A stretch of 64,000 nt of DNA from Podarcis muralis (GCF_964188315.1 NC_135667.1:17236001-17300000); one strand, 5' to 3'; counted from the stretch's first letter, positions 22,861 through 37,087 are shown. Made by a program: numbers and translations. Notes: generated from the sequence alone by a model not told the origin.

Positions 22861-25800
22861 TCATTCTAGGCCAATCCACTTCTTCACCACGCTTAGGATA
22901 TCTCCAGCTAAAAGCAGCACCTCCTTCTCCTTGTATCTAAGGAAAGCTTCATTGGGAATGGTGGGTGAATTGTGGTAGCTGGGATACTGCGTTCTCTTGT
23001 CATCCACGCCATGCTGCCGGAGTTCCTCAATCTGATCAGGCAGCTTTTCCAACTCCTGTCCATAAGAAGCTACCTTACTAGCCAGCATTGGAAGAGTCAG
23101 ATTCCTGTCAAAGCGACCTCCCTGGTAGTATTCAACTGCTGTCAGGGCTTTCTCCACTGCCCGGTAAGTCTTGTAAAGCAGCCATTCAGTGCTACCCTGA
23201 CCAGCACTACTGGCTGCCGCCTTCAGATCACACTTGGCTTGCCTTAGCCAGCGCCTGGCCTCCTCCAAGCAGTGAAGTTTTGATTGATCCTTTGAATACT
23301 TTGGCCCTCTCTGATGGAAGGACCAGAAGTTGTAGTTGCAGTGGCCTCCTCCTCCTCCTCCACCCCATCCTCCTCCACCCCCACCCCATCTTTGCCTGGT
23401 GAATTCTGTACGCCTCTCTTGATGCTGATGAGCTTGCTGGTCCCATTCACCCCAAAATTCAGAGCTCCTCTTGTAGGAACCTCTACTTTTGGGTCCCCCT
23501 CTGGAGCCACTGGGCGTTCTATTGTTCTCCATCTCCTTGATCTTGTCTTTAAGGTATTTGAAAATTTCATTGGCAGAATCCTCTTGACCTATGTTTTTAT
23601 CTGGGTGGTAGCACAGATAGAGTCTTCTTAAAGCCTTCCTCCTCTCATCCTCTGACAAGCTCCAAATTTCAGCCAAGCAGGCATCCACTTCTTTCTTTAT
23701 CTCACTCAGTGGCCTCTCGTACCAACTGCCACTTGTAAGTGGTCTTGCAGTGCTGCTAGCACCAGGGGAGCCTTCTGCCAAGACCACAGCTTTACTCAGA
23801 TCAGATGCAGAGTTATTCCTCCGGAAATGGTAAAGGTCATAGGCGCTGACTTCTGCATGCCGCCCTCCTCCCAAGTCAACAAGGTATGTGTCTACTTGGC
23901 CAGTACCGCTCTGCCGTGGCCCAAGGGCTTCAAGGACCACAGCGTAGAGGTAATGCTCTCTGGGCTTGGAAGAATCCAGGTAACCCACGTAATCTTCTGG
24001 CAGAAAGGTATGGAGGATGCTCATGTCCAGGCTGTCATACCATTCCTCAGGGATGTCCTCTCCAGGAGAAGGCAGGATATAGGCATTTAGGTTTGCTGGC
24101 AGCTGCAAGGGCACTTTGTTTTTCTCTAGCACCTCAGCAATTTCCTTGGGCCTTTGGCGAACCAAAATCTGCTCAAGGACCATCAGGGCCTGCGAGCTAA
24201 ATCTTTGTCCTAAAAGCCTATTCAGCTCTGTGGCTAAATTGACAGAGAACTCCACACCCCACTGTGCATCTTTGCTCTCCTGGTGTGCAAGGTAAATCTG
24301 CAGTTTGCCATCTGGCATTGTTGCAACATACACTGTCCTGGCACACTGGGTTCCTTCCACACTCTGCGAATTGTGCACCATGGTTGTGCACACTTTTTCA
24401 CAACAAACCACTTCTAGCCGCTCCGGTGAGAAGCGTCCTTCAAACATGCATTCCACTTCCTCTACTTTTGTCCCACCCTGCCATTTAAGCAGTGCAACCA
24501 GAGCATGCTGGAACTCGCAAGACATGAGTAGTTCTTCTAGCCAGTTTTGGAACTCACAGTGTTCCCCATAGGTACAGAGTTTCAGAGAGGACTCTTCCAG
24601 CTGCTCTTCAGTGATATCTGACAAGTTCTTGGGGCGCAAGGCTTCAGGCAGCCGATGCAGAAGCCTCTGCTGCTTATACTTGTCGTAAGGTAGCTCACAT
24701 ATTGAGAGATCTATCAGAAAGCGAAATTTGCACTGCAAGTCCTGGGGTTCCTGGCTATACTTGTATAAACTAAAGATGAGGCTGTTTGATGGATATAGCT
24801 TCCCATCAGCACAAGGCAGATGCAGTTCTTTCAGCTCTGAGAAATCCATTTGATCCTTTGCTTCATCTAATAGCTGGAAGAGGAACTGAGTGGCCCTGAG
24901 CACTGTTTTGGTGAGGTTGGCATGCAGTGTAGCCTGCCTTACAGTCTCTGCATGAATTCTGGCCAGAACACTGGCATAGTGATGGATGCTTGCCTCATCT
25001 TCCACTCCCAGTTTCTCCAGGACATCCATATAGACCGCTAGCTTTGGTGGTAGCTTGTAAAGATACGGCCGGAAGTCCTGTGGGTATTTTAATGAGACCA
25101 CCACATTTTGGGCCTCTGCTACCTCACCGCCATCCACTAGTACCACAGGGAATCCCTTTAAGCAGCCAGTCTCTAACGTTTGCTGTCGCGACAAATAGCC
25201 ATAAGCTGACTTTAGGATATCCTCTCGAGTTTTCCTAGCTTTCGGAGTGTCACATGGTGCCTGGCATACGTTTCTTAGATTCTCCAAGACTAAATGGGCT
25301 GGCAAGGTGTGCAGCACTCCCAGTTGTTTTAGGATGGTTTCTTTATTTTCCCCAACATATAGAACAGAAGGCAGAATGACCGCTGAAGTCCACACCAGGT
25401 CTGCTTTCGCAGTTAACAAGGAACCTTGGGGTGCCACAGGAGTATTACACGGCACATATGGCGAGTGAAGGCAACACAGATCTTCAGAGATCTTCTTTGG
25501 CAATAGGAAACGGATCTTGGACACTGTTTCCAGGAAGGCCTCTGAGAAGGTTTCACTGGAAAGCAAGTAGCTCCAGAGTGCTCTCCTCCTTTCATCAAGA
25601 TCATGGGCACCATCCTTCAGTTTTCCAGCCCTCAATGCTTCTTTTGCAATTTGGTTAGCCAACACTAGAAAGTCTTCCTCAGAGATCTCTTGCCGCAAGC
25701 CCACATCAAGTAAGAACTCTTTCAACTCCCATATATTCTCTGGCCACACTGAGTCATAGAATTTGCGTGGCACGAACAGAGAATCCATTCTCAACTCCTT

Positions 25801-28800
25801 GAAACACATTTTCTCCTCATAAAAGTAGGACACAGGACGCATCACACCTTGCTTGTCCCGGATGAAGGCAAAAGACTGGAAAGTTGCCACCACTGTCTTT
25901 TTCTCGGCCTCATATTCCTCAGGATAATGCCTCTTGATAAGGAGGAGTAATCTCACAGCCTCCAGTACACGAGCTTCGAGGAGATGGGGCAGCCAAGGCA
26001 AAAGCTGCTTTACAAACTGCTGCAAATCATTCATTACACCAATACTCAAGCTCTTACTGAGATCTCGGTTCAGCCAGCTATCACTCAGCAGGACAGTCTT
26101 CTCATCTACCTCATAAAGCTCCTGGAATTTCTTGGTTTCCTTTGGAATCTTGGACTCCAAGATGTAGATATTCCCGTACGAAGACAACGAAACGTGCTTC
26201 CCTTGGTGTGTTTTAAACACGGGCAAGGATTTCAACTTGCTTAGCAATCCATGGTCATTCTTCAGCGTCTCCGGTTGGCTGCTTAGGAACTGCAACAGCG
26301 CTTCAAAGTCCCACCCTTTGAGCGCATCCCAACACAGGTCATGATGAGCTGCCAGTTGTTCGAGCACTACTGTAGGATTCTCAATCTGCAACACACATGG
26401 CAGAATGCAATGTGCAGCGAGCTTTGGAGGCAAAAGAGAGGAGTCCAACTTGGAAAAGCCCAGTTTGCAGAGAATTTCAGTAACAGTACCTGCTTGACCA
26501 GGCATTATCGTGTTGAGGGACTCAAGGGGAACCAAGAACTTAGTGCAGCCACAACACACAGGGAGCATGGCACAACCTTTGAAGAGGGAAACTAGCTCCG
26601 CAAACATATTTTTCATCGTGTCTGAATTCCCAGTCATGCAAATCTGGTTCTCAAAGAAAGCCCACAATTCACGGAGCCATTCCCGGCCTTTATCAGTACT
26701 GACCCTGTTGTCCAAAGACAGCATCTCCTTAACGAAGGCCACAGAATCAGAGAGTGTAAAATCCTTTAGAAACCCCATCTGTACTAACAGCTGCCTGGCC
26801 TTTCTATCAATTTGGCAGGCAAAGAAACAGTCTTGACGGTGTGGGAAAAGATTGTGCACACTGCTATGGTATGGAGGACACTGCTGAGTGAAGCACCTCA
26901 GCATGTTATCTTGGGTCACCAGCAAAGGGAGACCTTCCAGGCAGCTTTTGTCATCAGGAAGAAGCTCACTGAGGCAGAACTCGAGGAGAGCAGAACAGTA
27001 ACGGCTATTCTTCACAGGTGTCAGATGAAGTGGGCAGGGCAGGAGAAAGTTGGGCAGGTTCTTGAGGAAGCAGCAGAGGGAAGGAGAATCGAGGGTTAGG
27101 ATATCAACTCCTGCCTTGACAAAATGGTCGCATACCAATTGCAAATGTTGGAAGGCAGGGACAAAATTCATGCCCAGACTCTGAAGAGTAAGCTCAAGAA
27201 CCTCACTTATCTCAGACGGCAGGAAATAGGGATCATTGGTTGGGTGGCCCAGTCTGGGTGCACTCCAGTGCACACTCACTTCTTCCATCTTAACTCTATA
27301 CTTGAAATTAATCTCCTTCTGGTACACAGGGACCAAGGGAAGCTGCTCCATGTATGCCAGTTCATACAAACGGGTCACCAGCTGTTGCCATGCTGGGGGG
27401 ACATCCCTTGTCACAAATGGGAAATACTGCAAATAGTTTGATTCCAGCCACTTCTCACATTCAGTCAGGGAGTAGAACTGCAGTGTTGTATCATTCAGCG
27501 CCCGGCGCAGCTCATAAAGCAAATGGCAGTACAATGGGGCAATGAGACACTGCAGCAGCAAGTTATTCCAGGACGTATTGGCACCACCTTCACCATCATC
27601 CTTCCGCAAGCCACGGCGAGCAGAGTCCACAGCAAAGTTCCCATTGATGTGGATGGGAAGGCCTGTTTCTTCCAGAAGCGGCAGTGTGCAGAAGGCCCTA
27701 CCAGGTAGCCGTCCGTCAAAACAAGCTGCCACACCCCCACACGCCAAGTCCATATTTTGCACGGTATTGTCACTCTCAAGCCCAATCTGCCTACCTACCA
27801 GCCAGTTGCTGGAAACATTGGAGATACTACTCTTCACCTTCATTCTGTAGAAGACTCTCATTGGCTCGCCATCATCCATTCCACCTGCTGCAGCAGCCTG
27901 TTGGAGACGCTTCTGGTATTCCAGTCTTTCAGGCTCACCACCTTCAGCCTCTACCCGCAGCACCTCCTTCAGTGTCCCTCCCCTCTCACTTATTATAGAG
28001 AAGACCACGCAGCGAACGTGGTTGAGGAACATCACAAGGCTGTCGGCTTCTTCAATGAGAGCCACCACAATTTTCTTCATGTCTTGCTCGGACACAGAGC
28101 TCTGGCAGATACGGGATGAGGCTGCACCATCAGGAGTACGTAAGGGTAACCGGAAAACTGTGCCTTGTTCCAAGTTAAACACATCAGGTAAAAAGGTATT
28201 ATAAACATCACGGATGGTGTCTTTGACTTCTTTAGCAAGGTTGTACATTCTACCAGGTGAGATCTCATCAGAATCAGGGAGGTAGTGCAACATGGGGTCA
28301 AAGACGCACAGAGCACTGTCCCCCGTCACAAAGGCAGGGCAGTCAGTCAAGTGATAAACTGTATTGAAACCTAGTCCATATTTGCCGGTAGCATCTCTCC
28401 TCCCACCTTTGGCACCAGAGCCCAAGCGCTGGATCCCTTCTATGTCACACCTCTGGAAGGTGCGGTCATTGTAGATGCAAAGTGCCGGGCCTTGAAGTTC
28501 ATTCCACTCCTTGCTGAAGACGCGATCAGTCGGGTGCTGTCGCCGATCCCAGACAAAGTGGACAAGATTTGCACCAGCATCGTCTGCATTCTGCAGCAGC
28601 TCCTTTAGCACATCCTGTGAAGAGGAGTACTCACGGAGGATGTTGGCCAGCCGGGTACAGATTTCTTCCTTGGCTCCAAAATCTGTGGCCCAGGAAGAGA
28701 GACCCTGAATCCGCTGGCGTGACAAGACACGACCTTTTGTGGTCTGAATGCCACAGCGCATAGCAATTTCCCGTGGGATCATGGCATGACAGAGCAGGGT

Positions 28801-31800
28801 CCCTTTCTCATGCGGAAGCCATGGTGTGTCATCAAAGAGGAGCTTCGGCAATGGTCGAAGGACTTTGTGTTTGTCTGGGAAAAATACACTCTGGGCTTCA
28901 TAAGGACTCAACTGTTGACCCTCTGGCAGGGCCTCGGCCAGCCCTACAGTGATCAACCTGACAACTAGGTCCAGATGCCCTTTGGAAAGAGACTGTCCAG
29001 CTCCCTCCTTGGCCAAAGTCTGCAACACAGTGGCATAGTCCTTCACTTTGAAAGTCGCAGGCAACCCAACACACTCCCACAGCATCTTTTGCTTCTGGTA
29101 CTCCTGAGGCAGCTGGAAGAGATATGGAGCAGCATCAAAGAACAGGCAATGGGCCACACTGCACACTGACACAAAGCCAGTGTCCATGAAAACAAAGGGG
29201 AATGTCCTTGCCCTTTGGGACACCTCCACCTTGGACAGAGGGTTCATCTGCACTATTTCATTCAGGAACGCATAGCAGGTTTGTGCTATGTTTCCCAGCT
29301 CCATTCTGGACAGGGCATTGGAACTACATGATGCTTCCTCCAGTTGCATCAGCACTGTAGATATTGGTGGCTGATGATTCAGTCCTAGGAATTCCTTTAG
29401 CTCCATGGAGAGCTTCAAGCCTTTACCAAGGGCTGTCTTGTCCAGGACAGGCTCAGTCAAGCCTACCAGGGGGTGCAGCTTATGGCAGTAAACCTCTTTG
29501 GGGCAGCAGAGTTTGCGTTGGTTAGCAGGTAGTACTGCTGGCAAGAAGGGAATGTCTCTGAAAGTAACCTGGGTAGTGTTGCTGTAGCTTTCCTGCAGGT
29601 GGTCCTCAAGGAGCTCTAGGATGCAGCGGGCACGCTGGCAGGCCTTGACTGGGTCATGACTCCACAAGGCTGCCACAGTTCTGGCTCGGGCTATCAGTTC
29701 CTCCATTTCTACACAATCTTTGGCCATGCCAAGATGCTCCAAGCGCAACAGCCTCTCTGGTTCCAGAAACCCTGTGCCCGTGGGGAAACGGCCATCTTCA
29801 GGAGCGTAGAGAGGTGCAGCGCAGCCCCTTGGGTGTACAAGTTCTTTAATGTTTCTCAGCAAACTATTGGGGACAGTTGGAATGCAAGGCCAGGATGTCA
29901 AGATCTTATTCACGCCAGCATCATTCATATCCAGAGCACGAAGAATGAGGACATCACGATCAGGCACTGCCAGCTGAGCAAGATTGGGCAAAACAAGCTC
30001 ACAGAGGAATCGTGCCCAATTGTAGGTGTTTGGCAACAGGACGTCCTCCTGGATGCAATCTCTTAAGTTCATCTTCACCCAATCTGGAACTGACACCGCC
30101 ATCTTTGGCTCTGGCAAAAGTAAAGAGAAGACCCTGAAAGCTATAGGTTCCAGATGCTCCTGACAGGTACTGTCAGAATTGAGGAAACAGGCATCCCGGG
30201 CTGGGCACCATCGCTGTCCATCAGAAAAGAGAACTGGCTGTTCCCCATCAACACCATTGACTAAGGCTTGGTAGAAGGCCTTGACTGTTTCACTGAATGG
30301 GTGCTTGGCACTGCGCACGTCAGGCCAGAAAGCATGGTACTCATAGTCCTCCAGCAATCCTTCCTCGTACATGTCCCGGAGCAGGGACAGTGCTCCAAGC
30401 CAGGCACCCAGCACGGAATCCCGTAAGAGCGCCTTGTTCCATTTCCCCTTCTCAGTAGCTTCCCAGAGTCCTTTGCGATTACTCTGCACAGCAAAGACTG
30501 CCGTGAGATGCAACGGGAGTCCAGTTTCAATAGGAAGAGGTAGAAAGCAGAAGGCACGGCCCTTAAAACCATCTACATCTGGAACCCATTTTCCAGCAGC
30601 AGTGGCAGGGCGGAGGGGCAAAGCAACGCTAGCAACAGGAGGCGAGAAATGGACATCCTTTTCTTTTCCCTGTTTGAAGACCTGAAGGGCTTCTCCTTGA
30701 GCAGAGCAGGAGTGTAGCAGGTAATGGCTGGTGACCACACTCGACTTCCATGTTGCTGTCAACTGCACAATAGTGGACGTACCCATCCTGACAAGTGCTT
30801 TCCTGCTCACTGTGGCTAATGGCTGGTTGGTTTCTGGGGAACTGGAACCATGAGGAAGGTGGGTCAGTGACACCTCCTGCACTTTTCTCAGGAAGATCAG
30901 CAGATACTTGTACATCTCCCGGAAACCAATTTGCAAGGATTTGATTCGACTGGGTCCAAACGGATCACAGCAGATCTGAGAGTCCTCTGCCTCCTCCTCA
31001 GTGCGGAAGGGCAGGCGGAGGAGCGTGCCTTGGTAATCATCTCCAGGTTGACAGCCAAAGATTCCTCTGAACGGTCGAAATTGTTCAGGAAATCCAGCGG
31101 CGACTTTTCGGTTCAATGTGAGACGCATGCCTGGTTGGCCTGAATTACGGATATGCTTCCGAAGGTGGGTGATGTTTGGGTCAAAGATGAGCATGGTGTG
31201 GCCACTGAGAAGAGAGGGCACATCAGTGATGTGGTAGACAGTGCAGAAGCCCAGCCCAAAGCGACCAATCTTGTCATCCTGCCGTTCCTTGGTAGCTGCA
31301 CCTAGACGGATGATGTTGGAGAAATCTGTCTCGGTGAAGAATGCATCATTCTGGGCCCAAAGTGCGGGGCCCTGGCAGGCAGCCATGCCCGGGTCCAGGA
31401 GTCCTTCAGTGGTACCGTTATGCTCACGGAGATCGACTAGGAAGCGGCAAGTTTGGGCGCCAGCATCCTCAGCATTTTGCAGCAGTTCCAGGAACACATC
31501 TGCATCCTGGCTGTATTCACGAAGGATGTTACGGATCCGGAGGGTGATTGGCTCCGAAGGACCCCACGCCTGAGCCTCCAACACTTCCAAGCCTGAAAAC
31601 CGTGTGCTTAGCATTTCCACACCATGGAAGGTAGCAGTGGCAGAGGAAACAGATTCATGCACCAAAGTAGGTGGGTCGCCATCCAGCTCAGCAAGGTGTG
31701 CCCGATCCATGTCACAGTACAGCACAAAACTGGCCGGGCGTAGAACAAAACCGGACAGTCCTTGAATCCGCACAGGCACTGGCATTTCCCTTTCTCCATG

Positions 31801-33662
31801 GTAGCCACGAGCGCACAGCCAGTCCAGGACAGCTATCACGAGGAGCAGTTCAGCATGCATGCCGCCTTGTGGTCGGGCATTGATTTGATCTGCCAACTTC
31901 TGCATTGCTTGGCACACTTCCTCCTCTTTTGGTAACTTATGGACCCCCCATGCTGCAAACAGCTGGCTGTAACCTTGGAAGTCCAGAGGCACTCGTGAAA
32001 TCAGGGCTGTAAGGTCTAAGCCATCAGGGTAGGCCAGCACCACATCTGCAGCCAATGAGAAGCCAGTCCCATTCCACACCATAGGTCCCACAGGTGGCTT
32101 CTGGAAGTCCCTCAGGTGCTGTTGCATGTGCCGATAGATGCTGTGCAGCTTTGTAGTTAACACAAAGGCCTCCTCAGGGTGACATCCCTGTGCCAAGGCA
32201 GCTAGATTCTCCATCACTTTCTCTGGTGGAGGAGCGTTCTCCAGACCCAGTTCTTTTGCAGCTTCTGGCTGAAAAGCATTAGTCAGTCCCATGACCAGCC
32301 CGACAAGAGCAGCGTACCTCTCTGAGCGAAGCAGTTCAGGTGCCAAGAAATCTCCAGCTGCCGCCAATGTGGAAGCGTTGGTGGCAGGCACCCAAGGCAG
32401 GGACCGCAGCAGCTTCAGCTCCTGCGAGGAGAAGCGTGAGAGTAGAGGAGTCTCATTGCAGACCCGGATGAGTGCCCGTGATTTGGCACTGGCATCTGCA
32501 GCCTCTTGCAGTTGACCAACTTCCTCCGCAGCCATCAATGCATCTGCTGGACAGACAGCACTGAGATCAGATTTCAGGCCCAGAACACGAAGGGTTCGCA
32601 GTGCTGCTGGCTCCCGGAAGGGCCCTGTGGGGAAGCGGCAAGGTCCCAATAAGTCCTGCAAAGTGCGATTCTCTGGATCATAGAGATCACTGGGCCTGGC
32701 CAACCTTCCTGATCCGCAATCCAGGAATGGCAGCTCACGACACAAAGTTTGCAGCTCTCGGGTCTGGCTGAAGAGGGAGTCCCCATTGTGCAGCACCCAC
32801 AGCATGAGCCGCTTGGCTTCCTGTGCCCAACTGGCATATGCCCCCTGCATCATCGCCTTGATGCACAGCAGGCACAGATCTGGCGTCCCCAGGAGCTTCT
32901 GCCCGATTAGCAAGAGCAGGTGGCGTTCAGCTTCATTATGACACAACAGTACAGGCTCTGGAGTTAGCAGATCCGAGGGCACTGGTGGAACCAAGTTCTT
33001 CTCTAAAGCCAGGTGGTGCTGGGCTGGCACCAAGCCAGACCTGGTGGGTGGAAGGAGGGAGGGCATCTTGAAGAAGAGCGGCAACTCAGTTAGGACTTCG
33101 GCTTCTTTGGGGGAAAGCGACACAGCCGTGGAGAAAAAAGCACTCAGGCTCTTGATCTGGCAGGTGGGCAGAGATGCAACGCGACCAGCCACGGATGCCA
33201 CCCCTAAATGGGCAAAGACCTGCAAGACACTCCCAGCCGTGGGTTCTAGGACGTACTCTCTCAGCTGGCGGTGGCACCATTCTGGCTGCCAGCTCCGGAC
33301 CACAGTGCATCCCAGTCTCTCCAGAATGCCAGCCACTTCGTCCGGCAGACAACGCCCCTCGTGGCTCTGGAACAGCAGAGTAGGCTGAGGCAGCAGCCGT
33401 GCCAATTGGATTCCACTGTGGGAGTTCTGTAGAGGAGTCAGCGGTATCAGGGGGCATCCCTTGAAGGGTGCCAGGGAGGGAGCATGGCGACTCAGGAAAC
33501 TCCAGAAAGCAGAAAGCCACTCAAGCGGGGGCTGTTTTGGGTACTCCTTTGGGCACCAAGATACAGGAGCAGGGTTGCTGCTGACCCAGTCCTTAGGGAG
33601 AGATTCACGAAGGTTCTGCTCAATGACATTTTGATCCATGGAGACAAAGTTCCTGAATAACC
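22861..33662 (-). CDS. Sacsin-like protein, giant last coding exon (10,802 nt): end of SRR1, SRR2, SRR3, SH3-like region, J-domain, HEPN
   Basis: Open frame with ELLQNAEDAGA...KIGRFGLGF (SRR2), [11 protein letters not shown]...TGKYGLGFNTVY (SRR3), LRRLYLCYHPDKN (J-domain HPD, 23599-23607) and EARRWLRQAK...(HEPN). Acceptor (TC)n-ATATTCAG|GG at 33663/33662, phase 1. Confidence 0.96.
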
Positions 33663-33666
33663 CTGA

Positions 33667-33710
<44 letters not shown>

Positions 33711-34668
33711 CAACCACCATTTGTGTGCACTTGCATTTCCTGTTGGGAGCAAAGTGGCAATGTATACACTACTTCTATGCCCAGCACTGAAAAGTACTTT
33801 GGATGCAACTGAACTCCAATATGTATAGGTCTGTGAATGATTTGGTATCACAATGATGCTAGAGCACTGCTGAAGCAAAGTGAGCCTGAAACTGATCAGC
33901 GTACCAAAAACCAGTGTGGTGTAGTGATTACAGCAGGCAGATGCAAACTGTGGCCCATCAGATATTGCTGAACTACAACTCCCATCATCCCAGGCCATTG
34001 GCCATGATTAAGGGAGCTGGTGAAAGTTGTAGTTCATCAACATCGAGAGGGCCAAATGTTGCCTGCCCCTGGATTAGAAAATAAGACTAAGGCAAAGGGG
34101 GGACAACCTTCAGCCCTTGCCCTAATTTCATGCAGGTGGTGGAGGACGACCCAACAGAGAATGATGGAAGGGTGGCGGAATCCACTGCAAGCAATCAGAT
34201 CAGACCTTTGACAAGAGTGATCCATCTCTACTGGTGGCTGGGGGGAAATGTTCCCCAACCCTGTGCTTAAGGGTTAAAATGCCCAAACTAGCTGTGAAGT
34301 TAATTTGTTTACTTGGAGACAGCCACTCTACTGCTATTTGGTGTCACGCTCACTATCTTTCCACCTAATCTATTTTACAGTGTTGCTGGGAGGAGAAAAT
34401 GGCGCCTGTGTGTAAAAAGCATGTGTTTGTACATGGTAGAACATTTACACTGGTGGCAGCCAGCCTGGTGCCCTGTGGATGCTGTGGATTACCATCCCCA
34501 TAATCTCTGACCGTTGGCCATGCTGGCTGAGGCTGAAGGAAGTTGAAGTCTAGCATGGCTAGTGAAAATAGGAGTTGTAGTCTAACAGCATCTTAAGAAC
34601 ACCAGGGTGGGGAACCCGTAAAACACCAGAAGCTGATCATGGTGCGCTCAGGAAACTGAAAGTCTCAC

Positions 34669-34757
34669 CCTTTTCTGCAATTGTTTGCAGATGCTTCAGC
34701 AGCTCAGGGTTTAGATCCTTGGGCAAGAACCGGTGAGCCAGGCCAGGCAACAGGATC
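34669..34757 (-). CDS. Sacsin-like coding exon (89 nt)
   Basis: TTTTGCAG|G...AAGG|GTGAGA; encodes (R)ILLPGLAHRFLPKDLNPELLKHLQTIAEK(G), homologous to the short human SACS exon before the giant exon. Phase 2 to phase 1 bridges the flanking exons exactly. Confidence 0.9.
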
Positions 34758-35238
34758 CTGCAAAATCGGCAGAAAGAAACCAAAGTCAGTTAGGAAAGAC
34801 AAAGAAATGGGATGCACTATGGGACAAACACCCAGTTAATGCCACTGGTTTATTTATGGGGCTAACCATTTTAGGGAATCTAAAGAAATGCAGCATGGGC
34901 CTCTTTATCCTGTAGGGCAGTATTTCTCAGAGTGAAAACTGGGTCTCAAAGAAGTGCAGGCTGGCGCTAGGGGAGACACTGAGCCAAACTATGCACATGA
35001 AAAAAGTGCATAAGGGCCTCTGTCTCTTGGTTTGGTGCAGTGTCTGAAATGAGCCATAGTGAAGACATTTGTGAACTGCCTTGCAAGGTGTGTATGTGTG
35101 CGTGTGCACATGCGTGCATTAACCATTATGTAAGTCCATTAATTGGAACATCTAATAGGGAGAGGACATTTAACTGTGGTAGGGCGAAAAGGACAATGCC
35201 GGGTTACCCTGGGGATCATATGTGGTAAGACTGCTCAC

Positions 35239-36673
35239 CTGGGGAAGTTGTGGTTATCGAGGAAGACCGTCTCTCCAGAATCTCCAAAGCAGGTAAAGTT
35301 TCCATTGGCTGTCGGCAGCAGTGGCAGATTCTTCAGCTCCTGGTAACACCCATCTCCAACCAAGTACTCCAACAGCAACTGTTTCTCTGTCAAGGATATC
35401 CCATGCCACACACTGGTAGTCTGTTGCAGGGTCTCCCTGACAAACTTCGGTGTGGCCTCTTGCACCGCTGCCCTGCCTTTGGCACCCCACACCAAAGCTC
35501 GGCGCACATGGAGCGGAGCAGCAGCAAGTGGTGATTCTGCCAAAATGAGGGCCTTCTCCAGGGCCTTCTCTACTGGTTTACCACTCACTATCTCTGGCAA
35601 GATCACGGCTTTGCAGGGGTGGAGCAAACGAGGTTCCCCATCCCCGACTCGTACCAAGAGTTTCATGTCCATCAGTGTCTGGCATATCTGAACCACTAAA
35701 GGCTTGTATCGTAGTTGTTGGCTTTGGTCTGGGTCTGGCCATGCCCCATATGGGTTGTCCGGACAGGTAGATGCCAGCAGTACCATTTGGCAATAAGCAA
35801 CAGGCAACATCTCCTCCATAAGCAAGTGGTTCCATTGACCGTCGGCTCCCCTCGCCTGGGACCCCTCTTCAGACCACTGCACGTGTCTTCGGTCATCTGT
35901 CAGCTGGAAGGGGGCACTGATGTGCAGTGGCAATCCAGTGGTGTTTTCCTCTGTGGCCGGGAGCGGCAAGACGCAGCTGAGGCGTCCCATGCACTTATCT
36001 TGCAAACAGTAAGCCAAGGACAACACAGGCTTAGAGCTGACCTTCACTGCGAGATCCCACAGTTCTGGGAAGGCATCCTTTTTCGCTTCAGCAGACAACA
36101 CAAGCCAGTTGCACTTGCTGGCCTGTCCAGTCCCAGTGCCACATAGAGTAAGTGTTTTGATGTGGACACCCATGTCCAGTTTAGTGCCCATAGCATCATC
36201 AACAAGGTTTGCCTTTCCACTACTGCATTCTGCAACTTCCAGCACACCTTGGCTCATGCCCAACCCATTAAATGGGCGAGTGGTGGCCTCAGCCTTCAGC
36301 ATCTCACGGATGGCACCATCGGACTCAATGAGACCCAACGTCAGTTTCTTGATGTTCCTGAGGAACAGCAAACTAATGGGGGCATCATTCACGAACGAGA
36401 GCAGCAGTTTCTGCACCCGTTCTGGACTGTAGAGATTTTCTGAGATCTTCGATGGACTCTGTCGTAGCGGGAAGCGAAACAGGGTGCCTGGAAAGCGGCC
36501 CTCCGCAGTTGGGCAAGGCTGGCCCAGAGACTTCAGTGCTGCCCAGAATGGTTGGAACTGGTCGGATGCCTCTTCCCATTCACTCACCTCCCAGAGCTGA
36601 CCCCCGTCATGTAATGCCATCTGCTGTGGGTCCAGCACCCCCAAACATACATCAGAAAGTATAGATGGGAAAT
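35239..36673 (-). CDS. Sacsin-like coding exon (1,435 nt), SRR1 body
   Basis: TATTTAG|AT...CCCAG|GTGAGC; (D)FPSILSDVCLGVLDPQQ...FPGTLFRFPLR...LPLHISAPFQLTDDRR...DNHNFP(R). Confidence 0.93.
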
Positions 36674-37087
36674 CTAAATAGAGTGAAGGGAAGGAATTCA
36701 GCCATTAAAATGTGGTTGCCCCAGACTTGGTTCCTTTCCCCCCTTCATGCTATTTCAATTAATCTTTATCTCTCTCAATTTCCCCCATCTCAATGATGGC
36801 ATTAGGCATATTTCGCTGGGGAGAGCATTCTACAAATGGGGAGCCACTGTTGAGAAAGCCCATTCTCCCATTCCCTCCCCCTCAGAAGAAGTACACAGAC
36901 AAAGGTCTCTGAGGATGATTGCAGGGCCCAGGTATGCCGATGTGAGGAGAGAGAGGTGGTCCCTGAGGTCTTGGGGTCCTGAGCTGTCTTCTAGTCCTTT
37001 TCCCTATAATTCTTATGCCTTCCTCCCAAAGACATCTCGTTTTGAAGACTGACAATCTCCCAAATTGAGCCAGGCAGAACTTCTCAC

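Noticed and set aside
31225-31270. FGLGFC instead of FGLGFN in SRR2
   Set aside because: The position after the lid Phe varies among GHKL ATPases (Tyr in HSP90), so it is not evidence of inactivation.
33663-33720. N-terminal MVVADFSLSLSLSLSLSYS of the 3619-aa ORF
   Set aside because: It is intron sequence, the (TC)n polypyrimidine tract before the acceptor at 33662; real coding continues in upstream exons.
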